A stretch of DNA of 64,000 bases from contig JBFWMA010000005.1 in NCBI GenBank assembly GCA_050251875.1, positions 1 through 64,000 of the forward strand. Direction: 5' to 3'. The position numbers and the translations under genes were made by a program. A model generated the notes under the pieces. The model was not told where the DNA came from. It did not search any database and saw nothing but the letters and a program-made list of their open reading frames with translations. The stretch is from Deferribacterales bacterium. GTDB taxonomy: Bacteria > Chrysiogenota > Deferribacteres > Deferribacterales > Geovibrionaceae. This document shows, piece by piece, positions 9,279-19,364 of the stretch (the stretch's first letter is position 1; each line of letters begins with the position of its first letter).

Positions 9279-9440
9279 ATGTATCAGAAAACAGTCGCTT
9301 ATATCAGAAAATTCATCAAAAACTATTTCAGGAATCTCATGTGCTTTTTCGGGAAATGTCCCAGAAAAGAGATCGTTATCAGGTATACCAGAGACAATGA
9401 CGGCGAACCCAGCCTCGTTGTGCGCAGGGTGGCTAGATAA
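9279..9440 (+). CDS. 53-aa small protein (below ORF-track cut-off)
   Basis: Strong SD AAGGAGGG, ATG 9279, MYQKTVAYIRKFIKNYFRNLMCFFGKCPRKEIVIRYTRDNDGEPSLVVRRVAR, stop overlaps the nhaA start (TAATG). Confidence 0.7.
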   Translation: MYQKTVAYIRKFIKNYFRNLMCFFGKCPRKEIVIRYTRDNDGEPSLVVRRVAR

Positions 9441-10750
9441 TGGTGCTGAAGAAGGTTAAGTCGCTGACAGTAGACCCGTTCGGGCATTTTATAAAGCAGG
9501 AATCATCCAGCAGTATCATCATGCTGATAGCCATGGCGTCCGCCATGATGATCGCTAATTCGCCTTACGCCGCGTGGTATCACGGTCTCTGGGAAACGAA
9601 GATCGGGTTCACTTTCGGCTCTTTCGCTCTGTATAAGGACTCTCTGCACTGGATCAATGACGGTCTGATGGCTCTCTTCTTTCTGGTAATCGGTCTGGAG
9701 ATCAAAAGGGAGATACTCATCGGCGAGCTGTCCGAGTTCAGAAAAGCTCTGCTGCCGCTGATAGCCGCCGTAGGCGGGGCTGTTGTACCGGCTCTGATAT
9801 ACACCGCTGTGAATGTGAAAGGCGGCGACATGAACGGATGGGGCGTTCCCATGGCTACCGACATCGCTTTTGCCATCGGGATCATGGCTCTTCTGGGAAG
9901 CCGGGTGCCTATCCAGCTTAAGATATTCATAACATCGCTGGCGGTGGTGGACGACATGATCGCCGTGCTGGTGATAGCTCTTTTCTATTCAAAAGGCATC
10001 GCCTTTGCTTATCTGGCATATGCCGGAGTCGCTCTGGTGGCTCTGGCGCTGATGAACTATTCCGGCGTGCGCTCCATACTGGCTTATCTGGCGGTGGGAA
10101 TGCTTCTGTGGTATTTCTTTCTGAAATCGGGGATACACGCCACCATAGCCGGTGTTCTGCTGGCGCTTTTCATCCCCAGCCAGCCTAAGATTCAGCTTCA
10201 GGTGTTTCTGCGCTCCATGACGCATTTTTTAAAACAGCTCGGTGACTGCAAGAACAATCCGGACACCGAAATCCCCACAAAATGCCAGAAAGAGACTCTG
10301 AACAAAGTTATGTATACATCTCAGGCGGTCTATAACCCCATGAGCCGTCTGGAATATAACCTTCACGGTCTTTCGGCGTATTTTATCATGCCTCTTTTCG
10401 CCTTTGCCAATACAGGCGTAACGATAGATTCCGGCTCCTTCGGCGGGATAGTGACTCCTATGGGACTTGGGATTATCTTTGGTCTGCTGATAGGAAAACC
10501 GCTGGGGATATTCAGCTTTGTGAAAATAGCCGAAAAGATGAATCTGGTGACTCTGCCGAAACAGCTCACAAACGCCAGTCTGACGGGTGTTGCCGTTCTG
10601 TCGGGGATAGGGCTTACCATGTCGATATTCATCGCATCCATGGCGTTCTCTCCGGCGGCTGTAAATTCCGCCAAGATAGCCATCCTCACCGCATCTGTTC
10701 TGGCGGGAATCGGCGGATATATTCTGCTCAGCCGGATCAGAACTGAGTGA
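9440..10750 (+). CDS. nhaA: Na+/H+ antiporter NhaA
   Basis: HWINDGLMALFF, GLEIKRE, GWGVPMATDIAF, LAVVDD, GIHATIAGV, PLFAFAN, GKPLG. Confidence 0.95.
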   Translation: MVLKKVKSLTVDPFGHFIKQESSSSIIMLIAMASAMMIANSPYAAWYHGLWETKIGFTFGSFALYKDSLHWINDGLMALFFLVIGLEIKREILIGELSEFRKALLPLIAAVGGAVVPALIYTAVNVKGGDMNGWGVPMATDIAFAIGIMALLGSRVPIQLKIFITSLAVVDDMIAVLVIALFYSKGIAFAYLAYAGVALVALALMNYSGVRSILAYLAVGMLLWYFFLKSGIHATIAGVLLALFIPSQPKIQLQVFLRSMTHFLKQLGDCKNNPDTEIPTKCQKETLNKVMYTSQAVYNPMSRLEYNLHGLSAYFIMPLFAFANTGVTIDSGSFGGIVTPMGLGIIFGLLIGKPLGIFSFVKIAEKMNLVTLPKQLTNASLTGVAVLSGIGLTMSIFIASMAFSPAAVNSAKIAILTASVLAGIGGYILLSRIRTE

Positions 10751-12112
10751 TCACACCATCGCCGTGGTCTTGAAATCATGCTCCAGAAGACGCATAACGG
10801 CATCGTTTACTATCTCTGTGATGTGCGATGCCTCCAGTTTTCTGTTAATGCCCATCAGCTCCTCTTCGCTCATGTTCAGGATGATATCGGCGACCTTCGG
10901 GCAGAAGTGTTCTCCCCGCTCCTCTCTGATTATTTTTAATATCTGATCCAGAGGCATGGGGTCTTTATACGGGCGTTTGCTGATAAGAGCATCGAACACG
11001 TCCACCAGAGCGAATATTCTGGCTGTGACGGGTATGTCCTCCCCTTTCAGTCCGAATGGATATCCCTTTCCGTTGTATTTTTCGTGGTGATATTTGACTA
11101 TCTCTTCAGCGTGCATCAGAAATGGCACGTTTTTTATAATGTCATAACCTTTGCTGACGTGGGTCTCCATAACATCACGCTCTTCCGCTGTCAGTCGTGC
11201 CGGCTTCAGCAGGATGCTGTCGGGTATGCCTATCTTGCCCACATCGTGCAGATATGCGCCCACCGCCAGTTTTCCCAGAGTCAGCTTGTCCAGCCCCATC
11301 TTTTTTCCAATGTAGACAGACATGTTCACCACACGCTCGCAGTGTCCTTCTGTCTCCATATCCCTCAGCTCCAGAGCCTTAGCCAGACTCACCACAGAGT
11401 GGTGGTATGATGTGGCTATGTCTTCGTTCGCCTGAACCAGCGTCTCCTGATATGCGAATATGGTTTTCATGGCATAGCGGAATTTGGTGGAGATCAGCAG
11501 ATTGAAGAGAACGCCGAGTATCAGCACGATGAGCCCGGCGAAGATGTTTACCCTGCCGAAAAGCTGGAGCCCCGGAGCTTTTCTGTAAACCTCCAGAACA
11601 CCGTGTATCCTGCCGTTCTCGTGCAGGGGAACGTACATCTCCAGCATGAGATTATATTTTCTGAGCGACATGTTTTCCATATCCTCTCCGCTGTCCAGAG
11701 CCATTATGACTTTGTTTTCAGAGAGAGCCTTTTTCAGTTCTTTGTTCTCTGCGTAATATTTTCCGACAGTATCTTTATCCGCCACAGAGAAGACAGTGCG
11801 CATCTCTTTTGTCCATATTTTCACTTCCACCAGCTCGAACATCTCCAGATAGGGGGATATCCTCTCCCATGTGCGCTCCATGACGGCGGGGTCGTCCGCT
11901 ATGTTGTTCAGATCGAAATCAAGCTGTTTCGCCTCGAAGTTGTTAATGAGCGCCACTGTCTCTTTTTTGAACTGCTGAATACGGACAATATTTGATATCG
12001 CCGCCGCGGAAAGAGAGAGTAAAACGATGGTGATTATGGATAGAAGAAAAGTGCTCTTCCAGTATCCTTTGGTTAGTCCAGATATTTTTTCTGTTTCTGA
12101 GAGTTTTTGCAC
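10751..12112 (-). CDS. Membrane-anchored HD-GYP phosphodiesterase
   Basis: Two TM segments flanking a periplasmic domain; TEGHCERV, LHDVGKIG, HHEKYNGKGYP. Confidence 0.9.
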   Translation of the reverse strand: MQKLSETEKISGLTKGYWKSTFLLSIITIVLLSLSAAAISNIVRIQQFKKETVALINNFEAKQLDFDLNNIADDPAVMERTWERISPYLEMFELVEVKIWTKEMRTVFSVADKDTVGKYYAENKELKKALSENKVIMALDSGEDMENMSLRKYNLMLEMYVPLHENGRIHGVLEVYRKAPGLQLFGRVNIFAGLIVLILGVLFNLLISTKFRYAMKTIFAYQETLVQANEDIATSYHHSVVSLAKALELRDMETEGHCERVVNMSVYIGKKMGLDKLTLGKLAVGAYLHDVGKIGIPDSILLKPARLTAEERDVMETHVSKGYDIIKNVPFLMHAEEIVKYHHEKYNGKGYPFGLKGEDIPVTARIFALVDVFDALISKRPYKDPMPLDQILKIIREERGEHFCPKVADIILNMSEEELMGINRKLEASHITEIVNDAVMRLLEHDFKTTAMV

Positions 12113-12171
12113 TGATACACCGGGATTTAATTAATATATCAGTTATTATAACATCGAAAAGATAAAGAGAG

Positions 12172-12196
12172 AAGGGGTTCTGGGTGAACCCCTTTT
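12172..12196. terminator. Hairpin after the MCP gene
   Basis: AAGGGGTTC-TGGGT-GAACCCCTTTT. Confidence 0.55.
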
Positions 12197-12206
12197 ATTA
12201 TATTTG

Positions 12207-14513
12207 TCAGTTTGTTTTAAACTTGTTCACTGTGGAGTTCATGTCGTCCGCCAGACTGCTCAGGTTTTCCAGACTGCTGGAAACAGACGCCACGGCGGAG
12301 TTGCTCTCCTCCACCCCGGCGGAGATGCTGCCTATGTTTTCCGTTACGGATGAAATAGCCGAGTTCTGTTCTCTCACAGCGGTCTCGATGCTTTTGCTGG
12401 CTGTGGATATGTCGTTCACGGCGCTGACGATTTGTCCGAAGACCTGATTCGCCTCCTGAATCACCTCCACTCCCTGGTTCACCGTGTCCACAGCGGTGTG
12501 CATCTCTTCGGAGGCGCTGTGCGCTTCTGTCTGAAGAGATGATACGATGGCGCTGATCTCTGTGGTCGCCTTCTGTGTTCTCTCGGCGAGCTTGCGCACT
12601 TCGTCCGCCACCACGGCGAATCCTCTGCCCGCTTCTCCCGCTCTGGCTGCCTCTATGGCGGCGTTCAGAGCCAGCAGGTTTGTCTGGTCGGCGATGTCGT
12701 TTATCACGTTCAGAATATCGCCTATCTGGGTGGATGAGTCGCTGAGACCCGCTATGGTTTCCGCCAGAGAGCTGACGCCTGTTCTTATGTCATTGATATT
12801 GTTAACCACATTATTCAGGGAGCGGATTCCCTCTTTTGTCTTGGTGTTGGCGTGCTCTGTTTTATCCAGAGATTCGCCGACGTTGCTCAGAACCATTTCT
12901 GATGTGATCGTCATCTCCTCCATGGCGGAGGCTATGTCTGTGATGCGTCCCGCCTGTTCGGCGAAATTGGCGGAGAGCTCTTCTGTTACGGATGCCAGAT
13001 CTGTCGTGCCTGTGTTTACCGAGTGCGCCTTATCCTTCACGTCCGCTATGATGTCGTGAACGTTTTTGATAAACATATTTATATACTGGGTCAGAAGGAT
13101 TATCTCGTCCGGGCTCAGCTCATCCGCTCCTGAGCGGGCTTTTGTTTTTGCCAGCTCTATCCTGTGGGTCAGGTCGGCGTCCCCCGTTACCAGATCTTTT
13201 ACCAGAGATGTCGTCTTTTTCAGCTTGTCCAGAACAACGCTGTTAAGCACAAGATACATCAGAACAACTATCAGAACAGTAACGCAGACTGATATTATTA
13301 TCAGAGTATTGCGCAGGTGAACGGCGGATTTCATCGCCTCGTCCTTGCCTATCTCCACCACTATGCCCCATGTCAGTCCGAAGAGGTCTATGGATGAGTA
13401 TGACGAGAGTTTTTCTATTCCTTTATCGTCCACAGTGACTGCGGAGCCGGAATTGCCTTCCAGAGCGCATTCGGTCGCTTTGTCCAGAACCTTCAGAACG
13501 CCGATGGTTGTTCCCAGTCTTTTCACCAGAGCGTCTTCCATCTCCGGCATGAACCGGCTGTTGTTTCTCATGGTGTTGTCAGAACCCACCAGAAAGCACT
13601 GTCCTGTTTTTCCCAGACCGGATTTCTCATAGTTTCCGCCGAAATTCATTACATAGTCGATCTTGCTGATGGGCATCTGGAATATCAGAACGCCTATCTG
13701 CTCCCCGTTTTTGAAAACAGGGGAAGAGATGAATGACGCAGGGAGGTTATAGCTGGGTTCGTAAGGCATGAAATCGTTCAGATATATTTCGCCCTGTTTT
13801 TTGCCCACGGATTTTTTATAAGCGTCTCCCAGTCCTGTGTCGGCGTATGGACCTGTGAGGAGGTTTGTGCTGTAGTCCTTCTCCTTGAAATCGGTGTAAA
13901 TAAGATCGCCCTTCATATTTACGAGGAAGATGTCATAGAGGGAAAAGTTGTTCAGCGTGGTGTTGAAGCTGTTGTGATATCTGGTGTGCAGGCGTGTGTA
14001 TGAACAGTCGAACCCGGCGGGTGTGGGCATGTTGTTCTTTTCGCCTATTTTTTCGGGATTTTTGATGATGTAGATATACTGGGCTATTTTGCCGTTGGGG
14101 TCTTTCGGCAGATAGTCCAGAGTCTGTCTGCGTGATACGGCGTTGGGGACGCCGTAATTAACTTTGTCCAGATACAGCTTGTCGTAGTGGTCGGTCATTT
14201 CAGGAACAATACTCTCCGGATCCACGCCGGTCTCTTCCTGTATCTTGTAAAAAGCATCGTTGAATTCGCTCATAGCGTCCATTACCTGTGTGCTGGCCGC
14301 CATGGATGTGATGAGGCTTCCCAGGTTATCAAAGTAGTCTTTGATATTATCCTTCTTCACCTCACGGATACTGCCGAGCTGAACCATCTGCATGGTCAGG
14401 CTCGATGAATAAGACTTATAGGCCGATATGCCGGTTATCGCCGCGCCGAGAATCAGCATTCCGAGCACGGTGGCGGCAATCAGACGCAATTTGACAGAAG
14501 TGTTGCTTAACAT
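12207..14513 (-). CDS. Methyl-accepting chemotaxis protein with Cache-type sensor
   Basis: [38 protein letters not shown]; two TM segments; YDIFLV and [16 protein letters not shown] sensor motifs. Confidence 0.95.
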   Translation of the reverse strand: MLSNTSVKLRLIAATVLGMLILGAAITGISAYKSYSSSLTMQMVQLGSIREVKKDNIKDYFDNLGSLITSMAASTQVMDAMSEFNDAFYKIQEETGVDPESIVPEMTDHYDKLYLDKVNYGVPNAVSRRQTLDYLPKDPNGKIAQYIYIIKNPEKIGEKNNMPTPAGFDCSYTRLHTRYHNSFNTTLNNFSLYDIFLVNMKGDLIYTDFKEKDYSTNLLTGPYADTGLGDAYKKSVGKKQGEIYLNDFMPYEPSYNLPASFISSPVFKNGEQIGVLIFQMPISKIDYVMNFGGNYEKSGLGKTGQCFLVGSDNTMRNNSRFMPEMEDALVKRLGTTIGVLKVLDKATECALEGNSGSAVTVDDKGIEKLSSYSSIDLFGLTWGIVVEIGKDEAMKSAVHLRNTLIIISVCVTVLIVVLMYLVLNSVVLDKLKKTTSLVKDLVTGDADLTHRIELAKTKARSGADELSPDEIILLTQYINMFIKNVHDIIADVKDKAHSVNTGTTDLASVTEELSANFAEQAGRITDIASAMEEMTITSEMVLSNVGESLDKTEHANTKTKEGIRSLNNVVNNINDIRTGVSSLAETIAGLSDSSTQIGDILNVINDIADQTNLLALNAAIEAARAGEAGRGFAVVADEVRKLAERTQKATTEISAIVSSLQTEAHSASEEMHTAVDTVNQGVEVIQEANQVFGQIVSAVNDISTASKSIETAVREQNSAISSVTENIGSISAGVEESNSAVASVSSSLENLSSLADDMNSTVNKFKTN

Positions 14514-14699
14514 AAATACCACCCGTTATTATTGCTGAAAAATCCGCAAGAAAACGTTCTGATAAATTAGCAAAATAATATTCTGTCACCCACACAGGTC
14601 ATTATAGCACAAACTAAGGATTAATTTTCTGATAATTTAACATTTATTTTGCTGAAAAGTTTATTTGACATATTGAGGAAATCCAATAACAATTAGTAT

Positions 14700-16148
14700 A
14701 TGAAACTAAAGAATATAAAAGAGAATAGTTTATTTAACAGAACAGCTATAGCCGTGGCGGTTCTGACGATCGCCTGCGGGCTTTTGTATTGGCTGGCTGA
14801 TATATATGTGGACAAGGCATTCGCCGATGACGGCTATATGCGTGAGATTCTGGAGAAATTATCCGTGGCGGCGCTCTTCTGCGTTTACGGCGCCACTATA
14901 ATATATCTCATAGGGCAGATATTCTATTATCAGGAGACTCTGCGCAGGCAGGAAAAGAAATATCAGGACTACATAAATTATTCTCCTGATCCGATGGTGA
15001 TAACAGACCACCGGGGCATGATATCGGAGACCAACCCCGCTATGGAAAAGATGACCGCCAAAGACAGAAATTCGCTGGTTCTGCTGAATCTGGCGGATCT
15101 GATGACAGCGGACAGTATTCAGGCTTGTTATTCATTTTTTATGCAGATAGAGAAGACACAGAAGGCGGAATCATCTCTCCGGATGCTGTCCGGAGAAAGG
15201 ATTATATCTGTTTCCGCTAATGCCGTTAAGCTGGATGAGTCCAGAATCCTCATCACTCTGCGGGACATATCCGGTTTTGTGGAGGTCAGCAACAATTACA
15301 GAAAGCTGAATCTCGATCTTCAGGAGCAGGTGAAGGCGGAGCTGAGCAAGGTCAGGCTTCAGGAACAGGCTCTGGAAAACACCAAAAAATTCGCCGACAT
15401 GGGAAACATGCTGACGGCGATATCCCACCACTGGCGCCAGCCTCTGAACGCATTGGGGCTTCAGGTTCAGGACATGGTGGAGACCTGCCGCACGGGCAGT
15501 GTTACGGAGGAATATATCCGTGAGTTCGATGAGGTCACCGGCACTCTGATAAACGATATGTCCGGCACCATAGACAAATTCAGGAATTTTTTCTCGTTCA
15601 GCTCAGACGATTCAGAGATAAACATAATCAGCGAGATAATGGATGTTCTGAACATCCTCAGCGCCCAGATTTATTATCTGGGGGTGGATGTGCTCTTTTC
15701 ATGCGGATGCGAAAAACAGCATTATGACTGCAAAAATATTTTCACCTGCCCCGACTGCAAGTTTAAATCCGCCACAGTCAGAGGAGACGTGGGCAATTTC
15801 CGCCATGCGGTGCTGAATATCATTTACAATGCTCTGGACTCAGTGACCGAGAGGAAGAAGACCGACAATACCAAAGGCGTGGTGAAAGTGAAAATCAGAT
15901 GTGACGACAGAAATGTTTTCATAGATATAGAAGATAACGGAAAAGGCTTTTCTGACGAAGTGCTGAAGAGAGCCTTCGAGCCTTATTATTCAACCAAAGG
16001 AGAGGGAAAGGGCGCCGGAATAGGTCTGTTCATGGTGAAGATGGTTCTCAGCGAGCAGATGGGCGGCGAGGTGATGCTGGGCAATACCGATATGGGCGCC
16101 AACGTCCATGTGGTTCTGCCTAAGGCTGCTGACTGTCCAGAATCCTGA
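14700..16148 (+). CDS. PAS sensor histidine kinase
   Basis: 2 TM, PAS, H-box AISHHWRQPLN, NIIYNALD, DNGKG, FEPYYSTK, GAGIGLF. Confidence 0.92.
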   Translation: MKLKNIKENSLFNRTAIAVAVLTIACGLLYWLADIYVDKAFADDGYMREILEKLSVAALFCVYGATIIYLIGQIFYYQETLRRQEKKYQDYINYSPDPMVITDHRGMISETNPAMEKMTAKDRNSLVLLNLADLMTADSIQACYSFFMQIEKTQKAESSLRMLSGERIISVSANAVKLDESRILITLRDISGFVEVSNNYRKLNLDLQEQVKAELSKVRLQEQALENTKKFADMGNMLTAISHHWRQPLNALGLQVQDMVETCRTGSVTEEYIREFDEVTGTLINDMSGTIDKFRNFFSFSSDDSEINIISEIMDVLNILSAQIYYLGVDVLFSCGCEKQHYDCKNIFTCPDCKFKSATVRGDVGNFRHAVLNIIYNALDSVTERKKTDNTKGVVKVKIRCDDRNVFIDIEDNGKGFSDEVLKRAFEPYYSTKGEGKGAGIGLFMVKMVLSEQMGGEVMLGNTDMGANVHVVLPKAADCPES

Positions 16149-18123
16149 TGATGTGAACGGTGTTCCCCCGTTCGTTATAAAACAGCCCGTCCACCAGATT
16201 ATCCGTTATGAATATGCCTCTGCCGTTATATTTCTCTTTTCCGGCATGGCACAAATTCCCGTCAAAACTGTTGAATTTGAATATTTCAGACACGCTGAAC
16301 CCCTGTCCGGTGTCCGAGATGGTTATCATCAGAGTTCTGCGCCCGTCTTTCATAGGGGTCAGGCGGCAGATGATGTCGATGGGTTTTTCAAGATCGGGCG
16401 AGCCGCCGGATGATTTTATAGAGAGCACGGAATCATAGTTGCCGGATGCTATCATCTCCTGTTTCTGCGAAAAGCTGATGCCGAAACTGCCGTGTTCCAG
16501 GGCGTTCATCAGCATCTCCTGCATGGCGAACTCGAATGTGGCTACCTCGTCTTCCTCTATGCTGTTTTCTCTCATGAAACCGAATACTTTCTCAGACGCT
16601 TTTTCTATCTCCGTCAGAGATGATTTCACGCTGAAGCTCTCCTGCTTCTGAAAATCGTTGGGCAGCGTGCTGATAAAGAAGAAAGTCATGTCATCGTCAT
16701 TGGTGGTTATCTCGCTGTTGACTCTCTTCAGGAAATGTTTTTTAGTTCCTGACGCCGCAAAGACCTCCGGCAGTCTGCTGAAAAACAGAGAACCTTCATT
16801 GTCCACGGATTCCGACAGACCGTCTGAATATATCAGCAGTTTGTCTATATTCGTCAGGGGGAATTTCGTTATCTCTTTATTCGCCATGAAACGCATGATG
16901 GGCATGTTCGGTGTTTTCAGGCGTGTCACCGTGCCGTCCGTGTGGCATGCCAGAATGGGGGGCATGCCGAAGCTGGATACATAGAGGCTGTCGGTGTTGG
17001 TGTCTATCAGGGCGAAAACAGCGCAGAGCGCCTCCTCGTCCATTATCCTGTCTCTGATATAGTGGATGAAGTGGGTCAGCATCCCGGAGAGACTGAAGTC
17101 ATTCTTGATGATGGACATCTCCACGGAATGGTTGATGAACGAGCTGGACTGAAGAGCCGTGACGGAAGCGGAGAGTCCCTTGCCCATGGCGTCTATGATA
17201 TAGAGAAGGCATCGTCCGTCTTTGATATTGATAGAACCGTAAATGTCGCCGCTCATGATGTCCAGCGGCTTGAAATATGTTTCGAAGCCGTACCGTCCGG
17301 TGACTGTGCCGGACACCTCGTCCTTGATAACCAGCATCTGCTTTTTAAAAGCGGCGGCCTGCTGTGTGGAGTGGTATTTCTCCTGAAACCTCAGCAGCTC
17401 CAGCTCCTTTTCCCTGTCCAGAGCGTGTCCGGTGGGTTTGCTGAAGATGATGATGTTTCCGGAAAATTCGTCCTTTTCATAAGCCGGAGTGATGGTGCTG
17501 TCCAGAGTGATTACCGTGCCGTCTGACAGGGTGTGTTCCTTCTGCTCATATACGGATGATTCTTTGGATTCCGGAGCGTATGGGTGGGACAGGAAAACGT
17601 CATCCAGCCTCTTTTTCATGATGTCTTTGACGGACATTTTTGTCATTTCCGCCCCGGCTTTGTTGGCGAAGACTATTCTGTTATCGGAATCAAGGAGGAT
17701 CACTCCCTGTTCCAGAGATTCCGCCAGACTGCGCAGTCTGTTCACCAGACGGTGGACTATGCTGTTCTTTCTTCCGGCGTCATCGCCCAGCCCGAAGACA
17801 GAGCAGATGGCTCTTTTCACATTTTTTTCGGTCAGAAAGGATGTGACGCCCACGGCGGAAAACTCCGGGAATAATTTATCGTCTGTGATGTATACCGCGG
17901 TGTGGATGTAGATTCCCTGTTTTTCCATGTCGGATAATATCTGAAAACACTCCTCGGCGCTGCCGGAGGCATCCAGAAGCAGTCCGGAGACGGCGGAGCC
18001 CGCAAGGATGGAGATACATTCGTCAGCGTCAGAAACCGTGTCGAATGACGACATCAGCCCGCATAAAATATCGGAAGTGTCAAAAAAGTTTGATTTTTTT
18101 GTAAAAATTAAAATTTTTTTCAT
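16120..18123 (-). CDS. PAS + SpoIIE/PP2C phosphatase + anti-sigma-type HATPase fusion
   Basis: SGDIY, DAMGKG, YSDGLSE, DDDMT (PP2C); EMLMNALEHG, DTGQGF, GRGIFI (RsbW-like); degenerate REC-like N-terminus. Confidence 0.85.
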   Translation of the reverse strand: MKKILIFTKKSNFFDTSDILCGLMSSFDTVSDADECISILAGSAVSGLLLDASGSAEECFQILSDMEKQGIYIHTAVYITDDKLFPEFSAVGVTSFLTEKNVKRAICSVFGLGDDAGRKNSIVHRLVNRLRSLAESLEQGVILLDSDNRIVFANKAGAEMTKMSVKDIMKKRLDDVFLSHPYAPESKESSVYEQKEHTLSDGTVITLDSTITPAYEKDEFSGNIIIFSKPTGHALDREKELELLRFQEKYHSTQQAAAFKKQMLVIKDEVSGTVTGRYGFETYFKPLDIMSGDIYGSINIKDGRCLLYIIDAMGKGLSASVTALQSSSFINHSVEMSIIKNDFSLSGMLTHFIHYIRDRIMDEEALCAVFALIDTNTDSLYVSSFGMPPILACHTDGTVTRLKTPNMPIMRFMANKEITKFPLTNIDKLLIYSDGLSESVDNEGSLFFSRLPEVFAASGTKKHFLKRVNSEITTNDDDMTFFFISTLPNDFQKQESFSVKSSLTEIEKASEKVFGFMRENSIEEDEVATFEFAMQEMLMNALEHGSFGISFSQKQEMIASGNYDSVLSIKSSGGSPDLEKPIDIICRLTPMKDGRRTLMITISDTGQGFSVSEIFKFNSFDGNLCHAGKEKYNGRGIFITDNLVDGLFYNERGNTVHIIRILDSQQP

Positions 18124-18197
18124 ATAAAGAACCTGGCTGCCTCTTATTATATAATATTTTTAACTTTTTTTCTAAGTCTATTTTAAAATCAGCGAAA

Positions 18198-19364
18198 ATG
18201 TATTATCATAAAGGCATGAAACTTGAAGACGCATTTAACACAATAATATCTATCGTTCCCGGCGGAAAGCCGGAGGAAATACCTCTGCTCACAGCTGCTG
18301 GCAGGGTATTGGCAACTGACATCATTTCAGACACGGATCTGCCCGAGGCGGATACATCCCGCATGGACGGATATGCTGTGGGCAGGGGCTCAGAGGGCAC
18401 TTGTCTTGTCATCAAAGAGCTCTCCGCGGCGGATACCTATGACAAACCCCTGAAAAAGGGCGAGTGCATCAGAGTCGCCACAGGAGCGAAAGTTCCCGTG
18501 AATACCGAGTTTGTCGTTCCTTTTGAAAAGGCGAACAGAAGCGGCGAAAACGTCTCCTATTCCAAAGATGACGATGGAAAGAGACACATCACGGAGACCG
18601 GCGCCAGTGTCTTTAAAGGACAGGTGATAGCGCAGAGAGGAAGAAGAGTCGACATCAGGCTGATGGAGGTATTTGCCAGCATGCGTCTCGAAAAGCTCGC
18701 TTGCGTCAAAAACCCTGTGATCGGTGTTATATCCACCGGAAACGAGCTGGTCGAAGATTTTACGAAGAAAGGAACGGTAAACAGCAACTATTACCACATG
18801 TCCGGACTTCTGCGCATATTCGAAGCCGAGATGAAATATTACGGCGTTGTGCCGGATGACGAGGGCGAACTCTCTAAAACAATGAAAAAAGCCGCCATGG
18901 AGTGCGATATGGTCGTGACATTCGGCGGTACGGGACACAGCCAGTATGACCTGCTGAAATTCTGTGTGCTGGAGATGGGCGGAGAGATCTTCGTGGAGGG
19001 CGTGCGCATGTCCCCCGGAAAGACGTTCCGTTTCGGATTGTTAGGCGGCAAACCTCTTTTCATGTTCCCCGGATCACCCGCCGGAGCTATAGCGTGTTCA
19101 GAGATTTTTCTCGTTCAGGCTATCCGTAAATGGCACGGGCTGAAAACAGGACCGATAGTCGGATATTCCAACTTCGACAAAACAAAGAAGAAGGGTCTGG
19201 CGGGGCTGGTGAGCACATGGCTTACCGTGAACGATGAAGGCAAAGCGTCCGTCTGTATGAACGGCAAAGGCTTTCCCTGTGTGACAGTGATACCCGAGGA
19301 CTCAGAAGGAATCAAAAAAGGCGATCTGGTCAGCGTCTGGCTGGCAAGTAAGATGATGATATAG
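18198..19364 (+). CDS. moeA: Molybdopterin molybdenum(tungsten)transferase
   Basis: GRVLA, SRMDGYAV, VATGA, STGNEL, VPDD, MSPGK, FPGSP; start may be 18216. Confidence 0.88.
   Translation: MYYHKGMKLEDAFNTIISIVPGGKPEEIPLLTAAGRVLATDIISDTDLPEADTSRMDGYAVGRGSEGTCLVIKELSAADTYDKPLKKGECIRVATGAKVPVNTEFVVPFEKANRSGENVSYSKDDDGKRHITETGASVFKGQVIAQRGRRVDIRLMEVFASMRLEKLACVKNPVIGVISTGNELVEDFTKKGTVNSNYYHMSGLLRIFEAEMKYYGVVPDDEGELSKTMKKAAMECDMVVTFGGTGHSQYDLLKFCVLEMGGEIFVEGVRMSPGKTFRFGLLGGKPLFMFPGSPAGAIACSEIFLVQAIRKWHGLKTGPIVGYSNFDKTKKKGLAGLVSTWLTVNDEGKASVCMNGKGFPCVTVIPEDSEGIKKGDLVSVWLASKMMI

Noticed and set aside
9194..9400. 68-aa ORF from the track
   Set aside because: Starts inside the aptamer without an SD; the 9279-9440 frame has a strong SD and coupling to nhaA.
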